A DNA stretch of 64,000 nt from Escherichia coli (GTDB lineage Bacteria; Pseudomonadota; Gammaproteobacteria; Enterobacterales; Enterobacteriaceae), in NCBI RefSeq assembly GCF_003334765.1, contig NZ_QOWT01000011.1; one strand, given 5' to 3'. Below, piece by piece: positions 25,309 through 37,461 of the stretch (position 1 is the stretch's first letter; the number at the start of each line of letters is the position of its first letter). The translations under genes and the position numbers were made by a program. Under the pieces are notes generated by a model, which did not search any database, was not told the DNA's origin, and worked only from the letters and a program-made list of their open reading frames with translations.

Positions 25309-27680
25309 TCTCCTGTTGCTGTCTCATAGAACACATCTTTTGGTGCATCTTCTGGGAATGTAAGGTGAATACGGCATGATTGCTGCTCATCTTTTATATC
25401 TAGCACCATGTCCGGTTTGATGTTATTGAGGAATACAACACCGTCATCCACTGATGTTGTCAGATAGTTGCCTTCACTATCTTCAATCGCAACGCCTCTG
25501 GGCAGTTTTTTGCCGTCGGAAAGTGTGATATTGAGTAATGCACGGCGTTGTGTTATCGCACTGAATCCGACTTTCCCTACTGCACCACGGCCTTGTTTGA
25601 TCATTTTTGTGCCGTTACCGATATCGACATTTTTTGGCAAGCTGGCGGTATCGATCTCAACTCCTGATGTTCGCCACGGCTGGATTGATGGAATGACGGC
25701 ATTACCCCGAAAATCTGTCCATACTGGGCCTGCCTGAGATGTAATTCTGACACCTGCAATATTGTTATCCATTTTTGCGATGGCGAAAGTGTCATTGATA
25801 GTCCACGGTGAAAAGGTCACTCCCTGATCATGTACGGCAATACCACCTGACATCGTACCGTTGTAAGTACGGCTATCACTGCCGCTTGCTCCTGCGGCAA
25901 GGCTGACTTGGGTGTAATGGAGATTGGAACTGATACTGCCGTTCAAGCTCGTTTCACGTTCGTCGTGATCTCGTTCAGCATTCACATAGTAGGACATCTC
26001 ATCTGAGACGACTCCCATGACACCAGTACCATAGTGGGTTTTATGATCGTCATGGCGAGTATACAGTGTGGCGGTGTTTGATCTGCCAAATGGAATACTG
26101 ATGTTGACGTAGAACAGATCACCATCGTCTTCATTATTTTCTGAAGCACTAAGTTGATGCTGCCAGTTGACGGAAACCGTGGCGTGTTTGAACGCTTTGT
26201 TCCAGTTAATATTAAGGTTGCTTGAGTCATTGTCACCGTCGTAACTATATGTTTTATAGCCACTGATGTTGAAACCACCCAGAATGGAGTTAGACCAGTT
26301 TAAACCAAGCGCATAAGTGCTTTTAGTCGGATCGGTATAATCATCATCAATCGCTTCAGACAGTTCGCGATAATGGCGATCAGATCGAGTGAGGCTGGTT
26401 GTTAGCCCAAGTGAAAATGGGAGATTGTAGTTCGCGTCAAGACGATATTTCTGTCCTTGCAGTGAGTCTTTCGTATCCTGCGATGTACTAATTTGGCTGC
26501 TCACTGTTAAATCGGGCAGGGGAACCAGACTCGACCGGATTGATGCCGCCTGATAATTTTCTGCTACGATAACGCCGCCGTTCATTGCACTCCAGCGTGT
26601 CAGATTCCATCCGCTCGATGCACTAATTACCCAAGGTGATTCGTCATAGTCATCGTCTACCCGCCCTATCGCGAAGCGATAACCCTGGAAGCTTTCTACA
26701 TGCTGATTAAACAGGGTGGAGGGAACAATATAGTTGTGCGAACTACCGTCTGTTTCGACAACGGTGACATTAAGATCACTATTACCATTGCGAACAGGTA
26801 CATCAGGGATAGTGAATGCGCCCGCAGGAACCAGAATGGAATGAATTAAAACTCCTTGTTGACGAATCTCGACACGAGCCTGAGAGGTGTTGGCTATACC
26901 AGTAACTTGCACACCACTGCCGCTGGTTTGCAATGCGTTGTCCGGTGCGATTTCGATACCGTAAATACTGGCTCCTTCCAACACGCTATTATTGAGGTTA
27001 ACTTCACCTGCTCGCATGAGTGTTTTAAGATCTGTAAAGGTACGTTGAAGGTAGGTTGACGAGTTCTGGTTACTGAATGTGCCATTTGTTTGTGTAAGGA
27101 ACTGATGGCTGCGTAACATCCAGTCATTAATATTAATCCCGCCTTCAAGTGCAGCCTGGGAGTAGTCCGAACTCCCATTAGAAAATTCTGCACGGCTGCT
27201 CATCAGAGAGTAGTTTAGCAGCGCAGCTGTTCCACCAGTTGCTGCGTTTGTGAGATCCAACCCTATGGGAATGATCGCCTGTGGTGAAACGATAATATCT
27301 AACGCTTCCTGGTTAGGTAATGGTGTGATTGTGGTACCCGGGTAGGACAATATATAGTCGTAACAGCCATTTTTTTCTTCAGAAGGAATTTTTAAACCGG
27401 CTTGTTGCAGAAATGCCTGATCAAGACAAATGTCGCCATTTTCATCAAAGCGCGTAGCAATGTTGCCTTTTTTTTCGCCATTTACTGATACTATCAGTGA
27501 ATATTCACCTGGCAAAAAACGGGCTGAACGGGAAAAATAATGCGATATATTAGGATCTACACCTAGTGATTTTAATGTTTCCCGATCAAAATCAACAGCG
27601 GCAATCTCTATACCATCTGCATTGGCTGGGGGAGAAAAGGCAAAACCAATGGTGTAGGCCAGTAACGTTTTTTTTAACAT
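25299..27680 (-). CDS. yhcD: Outer-membrane fimbrial usher YhcD
   Basis: 793 aa from MLKKTLLAYTIGFAF; usher-family size and composition; follows the chaperone gene. Confidence 0.85.
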   Translation of the reverse strand: MLKKTLLAYTIGFAFSPPANADGIEIAAVDFDRETLKSLGVDPNISHYFSRSARFLPGEYSLIVSVNGEKKGNIATRFDENGDICLDQAFLQQAGLKIPSEEKNGCYDYILSYPGTTITPLPNQEALDIIVSPQAIIPIGLDLTNAATGGTAALLNYSLMSSRAEFSNGSSDYSQAALEGGININDWMLRSHQFLTQTNGTFSNQNSSTYLQRTFTDLKTLMRAGEVNLNNSVLEGASIYGIEIAPDNALQTSGSGVQVTGIANTSQARVEIRQQGVLIHSILVPAGAFTIPDVPVRNGNSDLNVTVVETDGSSHNYIVPSTLFNQHVESFQGYRFAIGRVDDDYDESPWVISASSGWNLTRWSAMNGGVIVAENYQAASIRSSLVPLPDLTVSSQISTSQDTKDSLQGQKYRLDANYNLPFSLGLTTSLTRSDRHYRELSEAIDDDYTDPTKSTYALGLNWSNSILGGFNISGYKTYSYDGDNDSSNLNINWNKAFKHATVSVNWQHQLSASENNEDDGDLFYVNISIPFGRSNTATLYTRHDDHKTHYGTGVMGVVSDEMSYYVNAERDHDERETSLNGSISSNLHYTQVSLAAGASGSDSRTYNGTMSGGIAVHDQGVTFSPWTINDTFAIAKMDNNIAGVRITSQAGPVWTDFRGNAVIPSIQPWRTSGVEIDTASLPKNVDIGNGTKMIKQGRGAVGKVGFSAITQRRALLNITLSDGKKLPRGVAIEDSEGNYLTTSVDDGVVFLNNIKPDMVLDIKDEQQSCRIHLTFPEDAPKDVFYETATGECQ

Positions 27681-27700
27681 CCTTGTCGCTCCAGGCAAAG

Positions 27701-28375
27701 TTATTTTAAGTCAGTGACATATTTATTACCGCGATAACCATATCGGCTGGCTGGGTAAAACTCGACTTTTGTATCCGTAGCGTTTGTTAATGCAGTAGTT
27801 GTACTGGTGTGTGGTAGAAAATAGGTCTTATTTATAGCCCCCGTTTTTCCTGAAGGGAGCGTTTTAAATTGTAAGGTCATACGAACGACATAATTACTGG
27901 GGTTGCTAATCTCAATTTGGTCGCCATTTTTACGCCATTCCAGGAATTTCCAGGTCTCTCGCTCTTCCGGCAGGGAAGCCGGGTGGATCAGTACAGGTAG
28001 ATCCTGACGAATTGAAACAGTAACTCTGCTGCTCTTGTCATCTTTTGGTGGAATACCTTCGAACGTTACGCGTTTCAGCTCTTCTGATTGCAGAGGAACA
28101 GTCGCCTGAAGTAAAAATCGAACCTGTTGTACTTGACCGGCTTCAACACGAATAACGGGCTGAGTCGGGATTAAACGAATTGATTTATTGCTTTCAGGCA
28201 AATCAACAATGGTGGTGTAAAGCAATGAAGGATGATCATCTGTATTCTTAATATTAATACTAGCTTCACCACGCTTTTCATCAACCAGCAATACTGATGT
28301 TTCAGGAACCATCCCTGTGGCTAAGGTATTCATTGATGTTGTTATAAATACAGTGAATGTAATGTGTCTGAGCAT
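27701..28375 (-). CDS. yhcA: Periplasmic fimbrial chaperone YhcA (PapD-like)
   Basis: 224 aa ORF with a signal peptide and PapD-like chaperone features. Confidence 0.85.
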   Translation of the reverse strand: MLRHITFTVFITTSMNTLATGMVPETSVLLVDEKRGEASINIKNTDDHPSLLYTTIVDLPESNKSIRLIPTQPVIRVEAGQVQQVRFLLQATVPLQSEELKRVTFEGIPPKDDKSSRVTVSIRQDLPVLIHPASLPEERETWKFLEWRKNGDQIEISNPSNYVVRMTLQFKTLPSGKTGAINKTYFLPHTSTTTALTNATDTKVEFYPASRYGYRGNKYVTDLK

Positions 28376-28546
28376 TTAAATTAAAACTCCTGTAATAATG
28401 ATAAATAACGCAGAAACATATTGTTAATATATGTTATGCACTGTTTGCGATGAGATTGATTAAGACAGACCATGTCATAGGGCATAATCTGTCCGAGTTA
28501 TAGCTAACTGGTTAATGCGTAAAAATAAAAACTGTATTACAAGTTC

Positions 28547-29311
28547 TTATAAATACTGAACGCTGATAGTGACGTTACCATCCAGTTTGATCGTTTCATC
28601 AGAACCAAGAATAGTATTGTCATTTACCGCAGCATCAATCAGTAACGGGAAGGTGACCGCTGTAATGGCAACAGGTGTCAGTTCCCCTGTTTTTGCAACA
28701 GAATAACCGCGCTCGATTGCTGAGCAACTTGTCAGCGAGCAGAATGCGCCATTAGATGAGGCTTTCCATGTGGGGGTCGCTGCTGACCAGTGGTCAGTTT
28801 GAATCAGGTCGACAGGAATTTCACCTGTATCGTCCGCCGCGTGAATCCCACCATTAGACCTGTCAATACCAATGGATGCAGCGCCAATTTTTTGTCCATT
28901 AGGCGCAGAACCTAAACCAAAGGCGTTTTTCGTTCCCTTCATATCTACGAGAGTATCATAAGCTTTTTCAATATAGGATGTGTCGTTTAACGCTACAATG
29001 GTCGACTGACGGTTATCCTTGGAGGTTACAGCAATTAGCGTTGGTGCTGTGCAGGTTATATTTAATGTGCTGTTTTTGCGGCCCAGTTGAACCAGTTTAT
29101 TACTTTTACCGGTCGGATTCAGCGCACTGTTATGATGTTTCCCATAGTCAACAATGCCGCCGCCCGTAACAACTGGGGTACATGCACCAGGGGTATACTC
29201 GCCGATGATAGTTAATTCTGTATCAGTTGAATCTGTTGCCATGGCACTGAATGCTGCAACAGAAAGTGCTGCACAAATAGCAGCTGTTGTGAGGTTCTTT
29301 TTGAAAAACAT
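28547..29311 (-). CDS. gltF: Periplasmic protein GltF (fimbrial-like, DUF1120)
   Basis: 254 aa ORF with a signal peptide; downstream of gltD; related to yhcF. Confidence 0.85.
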   Translation of the reverse strand: MFFKKNLTTAAICAALSVAAFSAMATDSTDTELTIIGEYTPGACTPVVTGGGIVDYGKHHNSALNPTGKSNKLVQLGRKNSTLNITCTAPTLIAVTSKDNRQSTIVALNDTSYIEKAYDTLVDMKGTKNAFGLGSAPNGQKIGAASIGIDRSNGGIHAADDTGEIPVDLIQTDHWSAATPTWKASSNGAFCSLTSCSAIERGYSVAKTGELTPVAITAVTFPLLIDAAVNDNTILGSDETIKLDGNVTISVQYL

Positions 29312-29829
29312 ATGAACATATCCTTAATAACAAATTTATTTTTTAAAATAAAAAGCTGAAGCAGTATATATATCTGTTTGTGAATGTAAATAAATAACTC
29401 GTTCAGAAATAGCCAACTTGCTGGGATGTATTTATTTAATGAATTTTATAGTTACGATCATGTGAATAATAAGGTGCTGGTGAGGTGGTTTGTGGTGATA
29501 ATTATTCATTACATGAATGTTTGCGCTGAAAAATAGGAAAATATATAGATAATTAAGGATAATATATTGGTTTTTTATATTCGTATTTTGTATATTAATA
29601 TCGAGACAATTTACATGGAATGAAAAGACTGAATAGCTTGCAGAATCGGTATTGTCAGAGGTGTTAACAAGTAATTGAGACGGATTGTAAATGAGAAATT
29701 GCTTGATGTGCTTCACTCATCAGACTTGGTGAACAAAGCACAATTTATTGAAAATTATCCCTATTATAGGAAAGGTCAAACGCTCATGCCGCATTTGCCA
29801 GAAAACAACGCGCACTTCGTCAGTAATTT

Positions 29830-29857
29830 GATTCGCCAGACACAGTCTGGCGAATTC
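29830..29857. repeat. Single copy of the same dyad-symmetric unit 14 bp downstream of the gltD stop
   Basis: gattcgccagac-aca-gtctggcgaattc. Confidence 0.7.
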
Positions 29858-29870
29858 ATTGTTACCTCGC

Positions 29871-31301
<1,431 letters not shown>

Positions 31302-34300
31302 TTACTGCGCCTGCACGCGCAACTCAGCTGCGCTACGACTACGGTGACCCAGCAGTGCTTTTACATCACTGGACTTCGGTTTAACCAGCGCAAATTTAGT
31401 GGCGAAGGTTGACCAGTTCGCCAGAATCTCTTCACCGCGCTGAGAGCCGGTATGCTGCACATGCTCGGTGATAAGACCACGCAGATGCTCTTCATGGATC
31501 GCCAGAGCGTCAACGCTTAAGACCTCGACCAGTTCCGGGTTAACGCGTTTGCGGAAATCGCCGCTTTCATCGAGAACGTAAGCGAAACCGCCGGTCATGC
31601 CCGCACCGAAGTTAACGCCGGTTTTACCCAGAATGCAGACGATACCACCCGTCATATATTCACAACCGTTGTCGCCAATGCCTTCTACCACGGTGATAGC
31701 ACCGGAGTTACGCACGCCGAAACGTTCACCCGCGCGGCCTGCGGCATACAGACGACCACCGGTCGCGCCATACAGGCAGGTGTTGCCGATAATGCTTGCT
31801 TCATGGCTGCGGAAGGCGGAACCAACCGGAGGACGAATGGCGATTAAGCCGCCCGCCATGCCTTTACCGACATAGTCGTTGGCATCACCGGTCAGGTACA
31901 GTTCCACGCCGCCCGCGTTCCACACGCCGAAGCTCTGGCCTGCGGTGCCGTTGAAGTACGCTTTGATAGGATCGGCTGCCAGCCCCTGATCGCCGTGCGT
32001 CTGGGCGATATAGCCTGAAAGCGACGCGCCGACAGAACGGTCGGTGTTGCGAATATCGAACCAGAAGGTTTTGCTCTGGCGCTCATCGACAAACGGTTTC
32101 GCCTGTTGCAGCAACTGCGCGTTCAGCAGGCCGTTATCAAACGGCGGGTTGTTTTCGGTGCAGTAGAGTGCCTTACCTGGATGCGGTTCGGCAGTCTCCA
32201 GCAGCTTCGACAGCGCCAGCTTCTGCTGTTTGGCGGTGAAACCGTCCAGCTCTTTCAGCAGGTCGGTGCGACCAATCAGATCCACCAGACGTGTTACGCC
32301 AAGCTGTGCCATCAGCTCGCGGGTTTCACGGGCGATAAACTCAAAGTAATTCGTCACCTTGAATGGCAGGCCGTGATAGTGGTTCTTACGCAGTTTGTCA
32401 TCCTGAGTTGCTACACCCGTTGCGCAGTTGTTCAGATGGCAAATACGTAGATATTTACAGCCGAGCGCCACCATCGGGCCAGTGCCGAAGCCGAAGCTTT
32501 CTGCGCCGAGAATCGCCGCCTTGATGATATCGACACCCGTTTTCAGGCCGCCATCGACCTGCAAACGGATCTTGTGACGCAAGCCGTTAGCAACCAGCGC
32601 CTGCTGGGTTTCAACAAGCCCCAGCTCCCACGGACAGCCTGCGTATTTCACCGATGAAAGCGGACTTGCGCCGGTGCCGCCGTCATAGCCTGCGATGGTG
32701 ATCAAGTCCGCATAAGCTTTTGCCACGCCAGTCGCGATGGTGCCTACTCCCGGTTCGGAAACCAGCTTCACGGAGATCATCGCTTTCGGGTTAACCTGCT
32801 TGAGGTCGAAAATGAGCTGCGCTAAGTCCTCGATAGAGTAGATATCGTGGTGCGGCGGCGGGGAGATCAGCGTCACTCCGGGCACCGAATAGCGCAGTTT
32901 GGCGATGTAAGGCGTGACTTTATCACCCGGCAACTGACCGCCTTCGCCTGGCTTCGCGCCCTGGGCGACTTTAATCTGAATGACGTCGGCATTGACCAGA
33001 TACGCCGGAGTAACCCCAAAGCGACCGGAAGCCACCTGCTTGATGCGCGACACTTTGTTGGTGCCGTAGCGCGCCGGGTCTTCGCCGCCTTCACCGGAGT
33101 TCGAATTACCGCCGATGCTGTTCATCGCTTCCGCCAGCGCCTCGTGGGCTTCCGGGCTTAACGCGCCGATAGACATCGCGGCGGTATCAAAGCGTTTAAA
33201 CAGTTCGCTTGCCGGTTCAACATCAGCAATGTTGACCGCGTTTTCACCCGGCGTAATTGCCAGCAGATCGCGCAGCGTGGTTGCCGGACGCTCATTAACC
33301 AGCTTCGCGTATTCCTGATAGTCGCTGTACTCGCCGCTTTGTACCGCTTGTTGCAGCGTGCGCACCACGTCCGGGTTGTAGGCGTGGTATTCGCCGCCGT
33401 GGACGTATTTCAGCAGACCGCCCTGGCTGATGGGCTTACGCGCCAGCCAGGCACGTTTCGACAGATTCAGCAGATCCTGCTGGAAGTCTTCAAAGCTTGC
33501 TCCACCAATGCGGCTGACCGCCCCCTGGAAGCACAGGCCCACTACATCATCGTGTAGACCGACCGCTTCAAACAGTTTCGAGCAGCGGTAAGAGGCGATG
33601 GTGGAGATGCCCATTTTGGACATGATTTTGTACAAGCCTTTGTTGATGCCGTTACGGTAGTTGAGCATCACGGTACGATAATCTTTGGCAATCGCATGGG
33701 TGTCTACCAGGCGGCCCAGCGTTTCATAGGCAAGGTATGGATAAATAGCCGTCGCGCCGAAGCCCAGCAACACGGCGAAGTGGTGCGGATCGCGGGCGCT
33801 GGCGGTTTCGACGATGATGTTGGCATCGCAACGCAGGCTTTGATCGACCAGACGGGTCTGGATCGCGCCAACCGCCATCGGGGCTGGAACCGGCAGGCGA
33901 TCTTTAGCGATATTCCGGTCGGAGAGCACCAGCAGCACGGTGCCGCTACGTACCATTTTTTCGGCTTTGTCGCACAGCTCTTTGACTGTCGCTTCGAGCG
34001 TGGTTTTAGTGACGTCAAAGGTGATATCCAGCGTATCTGCGCGGTAGTGCTCCTCTTTCATCGTCGTGAGCTGTTTGAAATCGGAGTAGAGCAGAATCGG
34101 CGATTTAAAGCTTAAACGGTGCGCCTGGCCCTCTGCTTCGCAAAAGACGTTCATTTCACGACCGATACTGGTGGCGAGCGACATAACATGCGCTTCACGC
34201 AGCGGGTCGATTGGCGGGTTAGTCACCTGGGCAAACTGCTGGCGGAAGTAGTCGTAAATAATGCGCGGCTGACTGGAGAGCACGGCGAATGGGGTATCAT

Positions 34301-35855
34301 CGCCCATCGAACCGACCGCTTCCTGACCGTTTTCGCCCAGTACGCGAATTACGGAGTCCAGCTCTTCCGCGCTGTAGTTAAACTGTTTCTGGTAGCTGGC
34401 AAGCGTGTCGTCGTCCAGTTCGCGGCTACCCACTTCTTCATCGGGCAGATCTTCAAACGGTACCAGTCGGCGGACGTTTTTCTCCATCCACTCTTTATAT
34501 GGATGGCGGCTTTTCAGATCGTCATCGGTTTCTGCCGAGTGCAGAATACGCCCACTGCGGGTGTCGATAACCATCAGTTCGCCTGGCCCGACGCGGCCTT
34601 TTTCGACCACTTCGTCAGGCTGGTAATCCCAGATACCGACTTCAGAGGCGCAGGTGATGAGCTTATCTTTGGTGATGACGTAGCGCGCCGGACGCAGACC
34701 GTTACGGTCGAGGTTACAGGCGGCAAAACGACCGTCGGACATCACGATGCCCGCCGGGCCATCCCACGGCTCCATATGCATGGAGTTAAAGTCAAAGAAG
34801 GCACGCAGTTCCGGGTCCATATCCGGGTTGTTCTGCCAGGCGGGTGGTACTAATAGACGCATGGCGCGGATGATATCCATCCCGCCTGCCAGCAGCAGTT
34901 CCAGCATGTTATCCATCGAACTGGAGTCAGAGCCGGTTTCGTTGACGAACGGTGCGGCGTCGTGCAGGTCAGGGATAAGCGGTGTCTGGAATTTATAAGT
35001 ACGCGCACGCGCCCATTGGCGGTTACCGGTGATGGTGTTGATTTCACCGTTATGCGCCAGATAGCGGAACGGTTGCGCCAGCGGCCAGCGCGGTACGGTG
35101 TTAGTGGAGAAGCGCTGGTGGAACAGGCAAATGGCCGATTCCAGACGCAGGTCCGCAAGATCCAGATAAAAGCGCGGCAGATCCGTCGGCATACACAGAC
35201 CTTTATAGATGTTCACCAGATTCGACAGGCTACAGACGTAGAAGTCTTTGTCGGCTTCGAGACGCTTTTCAATGCGGCGGCGGGCGATAAACAGACGGCG
35301 CTCCATATCGCGTGGACGCCAGCCTGCCGGGGCGTTCACAAAAATTTGCTCAATGCGTGGCAGAGAGGAGAGGGCGATTTCACCCAGCACGCCTTCGTTA
35401 GTGGGGACATCACGCCAGCCCACAATCGACAAGGTTTCGCGTTGCAGTTCTTCTTCAACGATGCGGCGTGCGGCAGCGGCGAGTTCAGGATCTTTATTCA
35501 GGAAGAGCATCCCGACAGCGTAGTTTTTTGCTAAACGCCAGCCGCGCTCCTGCGCAACGATGCGAAAAAAGCGATCCGGTTTTTGTAACAGCAAGCCGCA
35601 ACCGTCGCCGGTTTTACCATCGGCGAGAATCGCGCCACGGTGCTGCATGCGGGCCAGTGCGTGTATTGCAGTACGCACTACCTTGTGGCTAGGTTCGCCT
35701 TCTATGTGGGCGATCAGGCCGAAACCACAGTTATCCCTCTCAAGGGATTTATCGTACAACATATCGTGAACCTCCCCCAGGCTCTGCGGGAACCCCACTT
35801 CCGAACCGCTGCGCACGGGCACAGAAAGAGCGTGGCGACGGGGTTTGCGTGTCAT
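31302..35855 (-). CDS. gltB: Glutamate synthase (NADPH) large subunit
   Basis: 1517 aa from [11 protein letters not shown]; propeptide followed by the catalytic Cys in CGFGLIAH. Confidence 0.95.
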   Translation of the reverse strand: MTRKPRRHALSVPVRSGSEVGFPQSLGEVHDMLYDKSLERDNCGFGLIAHIEGEPSHKVVRTAIHALARMQHRGAILADGKTGDGCGLLLQKPDRFFRIVAQERGWRLAKNYAVGMLFLNKDPELAAAARRIVEEELQRETLSIVGWRDVPTNEGVLGEIALSSLPRIEQIFVNAPAGWRPRDMERRLFIARRRIEKRLEADKDFYVCSLSNLVNIYKGLCMPTDLPRFYLDLADLRLESAICLFHQRFSTNTVPRWPLAQPFRYLAHNGEINTITGNRQWARARTYKFQTPLIPDLHDAAPFVNETGSDSSSMDNMLELLLAGGMDIIRAMRLLVPPAWQNNPDMDPELRAFFDFNSMHMEPWDGPAGIVMSDGRFAACNLDRNGLRPARYVITKDKLITCASEVGIWDYQPDEVVEKGRVGPGELMVIDTRSGRILHSAETDDDLKSRHPYKEWMEKNVRRLVPFEDLPDEEVGSRELDDDTLASYQKQFNYSAEELDSVIRVLGENGQEAVGSMGDDTPFAVLSSQPRIIYDYFRQQFAQVTNPPIDPLREAHVMSLATSIGREMNVFCEAEGQAHRLSFKSPILLYSDFKQLTTMKEEHYRADTLDITFDVTKTTLEATVKELCDKAEKMVRSGTVLLVLSDRNIAKDRLPVPAPMAVGAIQTRLVDQSLRCDANIIVETASARDPHHFAVLLGFGATAIYPYLAYETLGRLVDTHAIAKDYRTVMLNYRNGINKGLYKIMSKMGISTIASYRCSKLFEAVGLHDDVVGLCFQGAVSRIGGASFEDFQQDLLNLSKRAWLARKPISQGGLLKYVHGGEYHAYNPDVVRTLQQAVQSGEYSDYQEYAKLVNERPATTLRDLLAITPGENAVNIADVEPASELFKRFDTAAMSIGALSPEAHEALAEAMNSIGGNSNSGEGGEDPARYGTNKVSRIKQVASGRFGVTPAYLVNADVIQIKVAQGAKPGEGGQLPGDKVTPYIAKLRYSVPGVTLISPPPHHDIYSIEDLAQLIFDLKQVNPKAMISVKLVSEPGVGTIATGVAKAYADLITIAGYDGGTGASPLSSVKYAGCPWELGLVETQQALVANGLRHKIRLQVDGGLKTGVDIIKAAILGAESFGFGTGPMVALGCKYLRICHLNNCATGVATQDDKLRKNHYHGLPFKVTNYFEFIARETRELMAQLGVTRLVDLIGRTDLLKELDGFTAKQQKLALSKLLETAEPHPGKALYCTENNPPFDNGLLNAQLLQQAKPFVDERQSKTFWFDIRNTDRSVGASLSGYIAQTHGDQGLAADPIKAYFNGTAGQSFGVWNAGGVELYLTGDANDYVGKGMAGGLIAIRPPVGSAFRSHEASIIGNTCLYGATGGRLYAAGRAGERFGVRNSGAITVVEGIGDNGCEYMTGGIVCILGKTGVNFGAGMTGGFAYVLDESGDFRKRVNPELVEVLSVDALAIHEEHLRGLITEHVQHTGSQRGEEILANWSTFATKFALVKPKSSDVKALLGHRSRSAAELRVQAQ

Positions 35856-36436
35856 ACGCGCGCCTCGCATTCGCCCCCTTGTTGTCCTTTTCGCATCGGT
35901 TAATACGGTGAAGAGGGGATCTCAATTACTGCATAAATATGATGAGCAGGCTGCTCATCCAGAAAGCTTCCAGCGGATTTCCAACTTATCGGGAAAGCTG
36001 ATACAGGTCAAATGGCAAGCTTATTGGTACAGAAATGTGCTTTAGCGCAAAATTCTTTATTAAATGACTGAAATTAAAATGGATTTCATCTTTAAGGCTA
36101 AAAGGGAAGTCGTTAGAGAAACAGTCAATTCCTGACTGTCATAAAGGTGTGTTAACCCTTATCCTGCCTTGAACTGACGACAAAACCAGCATTTTATACT
36201 GCCTTAATTGGTAATGACGTTTCATGCTACTGTTTTTGCCTAAAATCCATCAGGAGATAAAAAAATCTGACACAAGATAAGCAAAAGTGATTTATGTGAT
36301 TATGCATGAAATTTCGGTAATTTTGATTGATTATGCAGTTGATAAAAGCAGGCCGGGACGATTGATCCAGGTCATCGCCGAATTGAGCTAAAAATGGCAG
36401 GCTTTGGCCTCTTTTCAAGGCGCGGTCTATCAGATT

Positions 36437-37366
36437 ATGCAGTTACAGAAATTAGTCAATATGTTTGGTGGTGATCTCACCCGTCGTTATGGGCAAAAGG
36501 TGCATAAGCTGACGCTGCACGGCGGTTTTAGCTGCCCTAACCGTGACGGTACCATCGGGCGTGGTGGCTGCACATTCTGTAATGTTGCCTCGTTTGCCGA
36601 TGAAGCGCAGCAGCATCGTTCCATTGCCGAGCAACTGGCGCACCAGGCGAATTTAGTTAACCGCGCTAAACGCTATCTGGCCTACTTTCAGGCGTATACC
36701 AGCACCTTTGCGGAAGTTCAGGTGCTGCGTTCTATGTATCAGCAGGCGGTGAGCCAGGCCAATATTGTCGGTTTGTGTGTGGGTACCCGCCCGGACTGCG
36801 TGCCGGATGCGGTGCTGGATCTGCTTTGCGAATATAAGGACCAGGGTTACGAAGTGTGGCTGGAGCTGGGGCTACAAACCGCCCACGACAAAACACTGCA
36901 TCGCATCAACCGCGGCCATGATTTTGCCTGTTATCAGCGTACAACCCAGCTGGCACGTCAGCGCGGGCTGAAGGTGTGTTCCCACTTAATTGTCGGCCTG
37001 CCTGGCGAAGGGCAGGCTGAATGTTTGCAAACGCTGGAGCGAGTGGTTGAAACCGGCGTGGACGGCATAAAGCTGCATCCGCTGCATATTGTGAAAGGCA
37101 GCATTATGGCGAAAGCCTGGGAAGCGGGGCGTTTGAACGGTATTGAACTGGAGGATTACACGCTCACTGCCGGAGAAATGATTCGCCATACGCCACCGGA
37201 AGTGATCTACCACCGCATTTCCGCCAGCGCCCGTCGCCCGACGCTGCTTGCTCCGCTGTGGTGCGAAAATCGATGGACGGGAATGGTCGAGCTGGATCGC
37301 TATCTGAATGAACATGGCGTACAGGGATCGGCGCTGGGACGTCCGTGGCTACCTCCAACGGAGTAG
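36437..37366 (+). CDS. yhcC: Radical SAM family protein YhcC
   Basis: 309 aa from MQLQKLVNMFGG; cysteine motif CPNRDGTIGRGGCTFC; divergent from gltB. Confidence 0.85.
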   Translation: MQLQKLVNMFGGDLTRRYGQKVHKLTLHGGFSCPNRDGTIGRGGCTFCNVASFADEAQQHRSIAEQLAHQANLVNRAKRYLAYFQAYTSTFAEVQVLRSMYQQAVSQANIVGLCVGTRPDCVPDAVLDLLCEYKDQGYEVWLELGLQTAHDKTLHRINRGHDFACYQRTTQLARQRGLKVCSHLIVGLPGEGQAECLQTLERVVETGVDGIKLHPLHIVKGSIMAKAWEAGRLNGIELEDYTLTAGEMIRHTPPEVIYHRISASARRPTLLAPLWCENRWTGMVELDRYLNEHGVQGSALGRPWLPPTE

Positions 37367-37461
37367 GTTGTTGAGGGGAATTCCGCATTTCTCACACAAT
37401 TTATAACGTAACTGTCAGAATTGGGTATTATTGGGGCAGGTTGTCGTGAAGGAATTCCCTA

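Noticed and set aside
29432-29716. 94 aa minus-strand ORF in the AT-rich gltD-gltF spacer
   Set aside because: Extreme AT content produces a low-complexity Asn/Ile/Tyr-rich peptide with no start context or domain signal; most likely non-coding.
31302-35855. Many long ORFs antisense to or overlapping gltB (for example 34119-34853 +, 34962-35534 +, 33696-34115 +, 32106-32450 +)
   Set aside because: They lie entirely within the well-supported 1517 aa gltB frame on the opposite strand; stop-poor antisense frames are expected in a long GC-rich gene, and none has a recognisable product.
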